Source: a virus
Virus record (IMG/VR): IMGVR_UViG_3300003663_000001
Length of the DNA: 38,819 bases
Reading direction: 5' to 3' (one strand)
Made by a program: the position numbers and the translations under genes. Numbering within the stretch: position 1 is the stretch's first letter; the number at the start of each line of letters is the position of its first letter. The notes below the pieces were generated by a model that was not told the origin of the DNA, did not search any database, and worked only from the letters and a program-made list of their open reading frames with translations. Positions 38,390 to 38,819 of this stretch are shown here, one piece after another.

Positions 38390-38819
38390 ATGTCGTCTAG
38401 CGGATGGATAAAGCTACACCGATCCATGTTCGACAATGACTTGTGGACGGCTGAGCCGTTTACCAAAGGACAGGCATGGATCGACCTAATAGGAAACACC
38501 AATCACGCGCCCAGCTCAATATGGATACGAGGCATTGAAGTGGCTGTGAACAGGGGCCAGTTGGCATGGTCTGAATTGACGATGGCGAAGCGCTGGAAGT
38601 GGAGTCGGGGGAAAGTCCGGCGCTACTTGGGAATGCTACGGGATAGGGGTATGGTGGTACAACAAACAGACAAGCTGACAACTATCATAACTATCTGTAA
38701 TTACGAAAAATATCAGAGTGACGATACAACAGGCGATACAACAGGCGATACAACAGGCAGTACAACAGACGGACAACAGACGGACAACAGACGGTACACA
38801 AACAAGAAGAATAAGAAGA
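38390..38819 (+). CDS. Replication initiator (phage O / replisome-organizer type), N-terminal part; the ORF runs off the window end and continues at 78..448 (266 aa in total)
   Basis: ATG at 38390 (not in the ORF track because there is no stop before the window end). 'MSSSGWIKLHRSMFDNDLWTAEPFTKGQAWIDLIGNTNH...RGQLAWSELTMAKRWKWSRGKVRRYLGMLRDRGMV' is the winged-helix N-domain typical of phage initiators. The frame is continuous with ORF 140..448 across the 77-bp overlap, with no stop in 2..139. Confidence 0.8.
   Translation, partial: MSSSGWIKLHRSMFDNDLWTAEPFTKGQAWIDLIGNTNHAPSSIWIRGIEVAVNRGQLAWSELTMAKRWKWSRGKVRRYLGMLRDRGMVVQQTDKLTTIITICNYEKYQSDDTTGDTTGDTTGSTTDGQQTDNRRYTNKKNKK
38723..38803 (+). 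repeat. Seven tandem 11-12-bp iteron-like repeats inside the initiator gene (candidate replication origin); partly duplicated at 1..61
   Basis: GATACAACAGGC x3 (38723-38758), AGTACAACAGAC (38759-38770), GGACAACAGAC x2 (38771-38792), GGTACACAAAC (38793-38803). They encode the linker 'DTTGDTTGDTTGSTTDGQQTDNRRY' between the two initiator domains. Confidence 0.6.
38743..38819. repeat. Second copy of the 77-bp terminal overlap (same as 1..77)
   Basis: Identical to 1..77 base for base. Confidence 0.95.

Noticed and set aside
38143-38502. A 119-aa minus-strand ORF antisense to the Cro-like gene and the start of the initiator gene.
   Set aside because: It would run through the divergent promoter region. 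Its composition is shadow-like, with no ribosome-binding site. Both plus-strand genes it overlaps have recognisable folds.
38723-38803. The tandem 11-12-bp repeats read as a possible CRISPR array or VNTR.
   Set aside because: There are no spacers between the units. The units are too short and lie in frame inside the initiator gene next to an A-rich tract, so an iteron/origin reading fits better.

Overview
The window is a complete tailed-phage genome. Its two ends are an identical 77-bp overlap (1..77 = 38743..38819), so the unique length is about 38,742 bp and the map closes into a circle. All family calls below come from reading motifs in the supplied translations; no database search was possible.

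Layout:
- A short rightward early operon runs 38197 across the junction to 1635. It encodes a Cro-like HTH protein, an initiator with in-gene iterons, a lambda-P-like helicase loader and a DUF1367-like protein.
- One very long leftward transcription direction runs 38113 down to 1638.
  - Early and recombination genes: Rad52/Sak-like annealase, DUF1351-like protein, DnaQ-like exonuclease, CsrA homologue, YfdQ-like protein, gp49-like+RyR fusion, compact C5-cytosine methyltransferase, SSB and YbcO/DUF1364.
  - Lysis genes: amidase, two holin-like proteins and a PD-(D/E)xK nuclease.
  - Packaging genes: terS and terL.
  - P22-type morphogenesis genes: portal, scaffold, coat, gp4-like, gp10-like.
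  - Late-operon end: a SET-domain protein, two internal-protein candidates, a 3759-aa polyvalent protein and a beta-helix tailspike.

I saw no integrase, CI-type repressor, tRNA or CRISPR array.

Most notable observations:
1. The C5-methyltransferase gene is co-extensive with a 246-aa +1-frame ORF, and methyltransferase-type motifs are split between the two frames.
2. A 111-aa +1-frame ORF with genome-typical codon usage sits exactly in the low-complexity linker of the giant gene, where the giant frame itself loses its codon bias.
3. The giant virion-module protein combines an ART-like domain, an N6-MTase, an SF2 helicase and an HExxH peptidase (DarB-like / polyvalent type).
4. A SET-domain protein is encoded in the structural module.
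5. The phage carries a CsrA homologue.
6. A lambda-like origin is embedded in the initiator gene.
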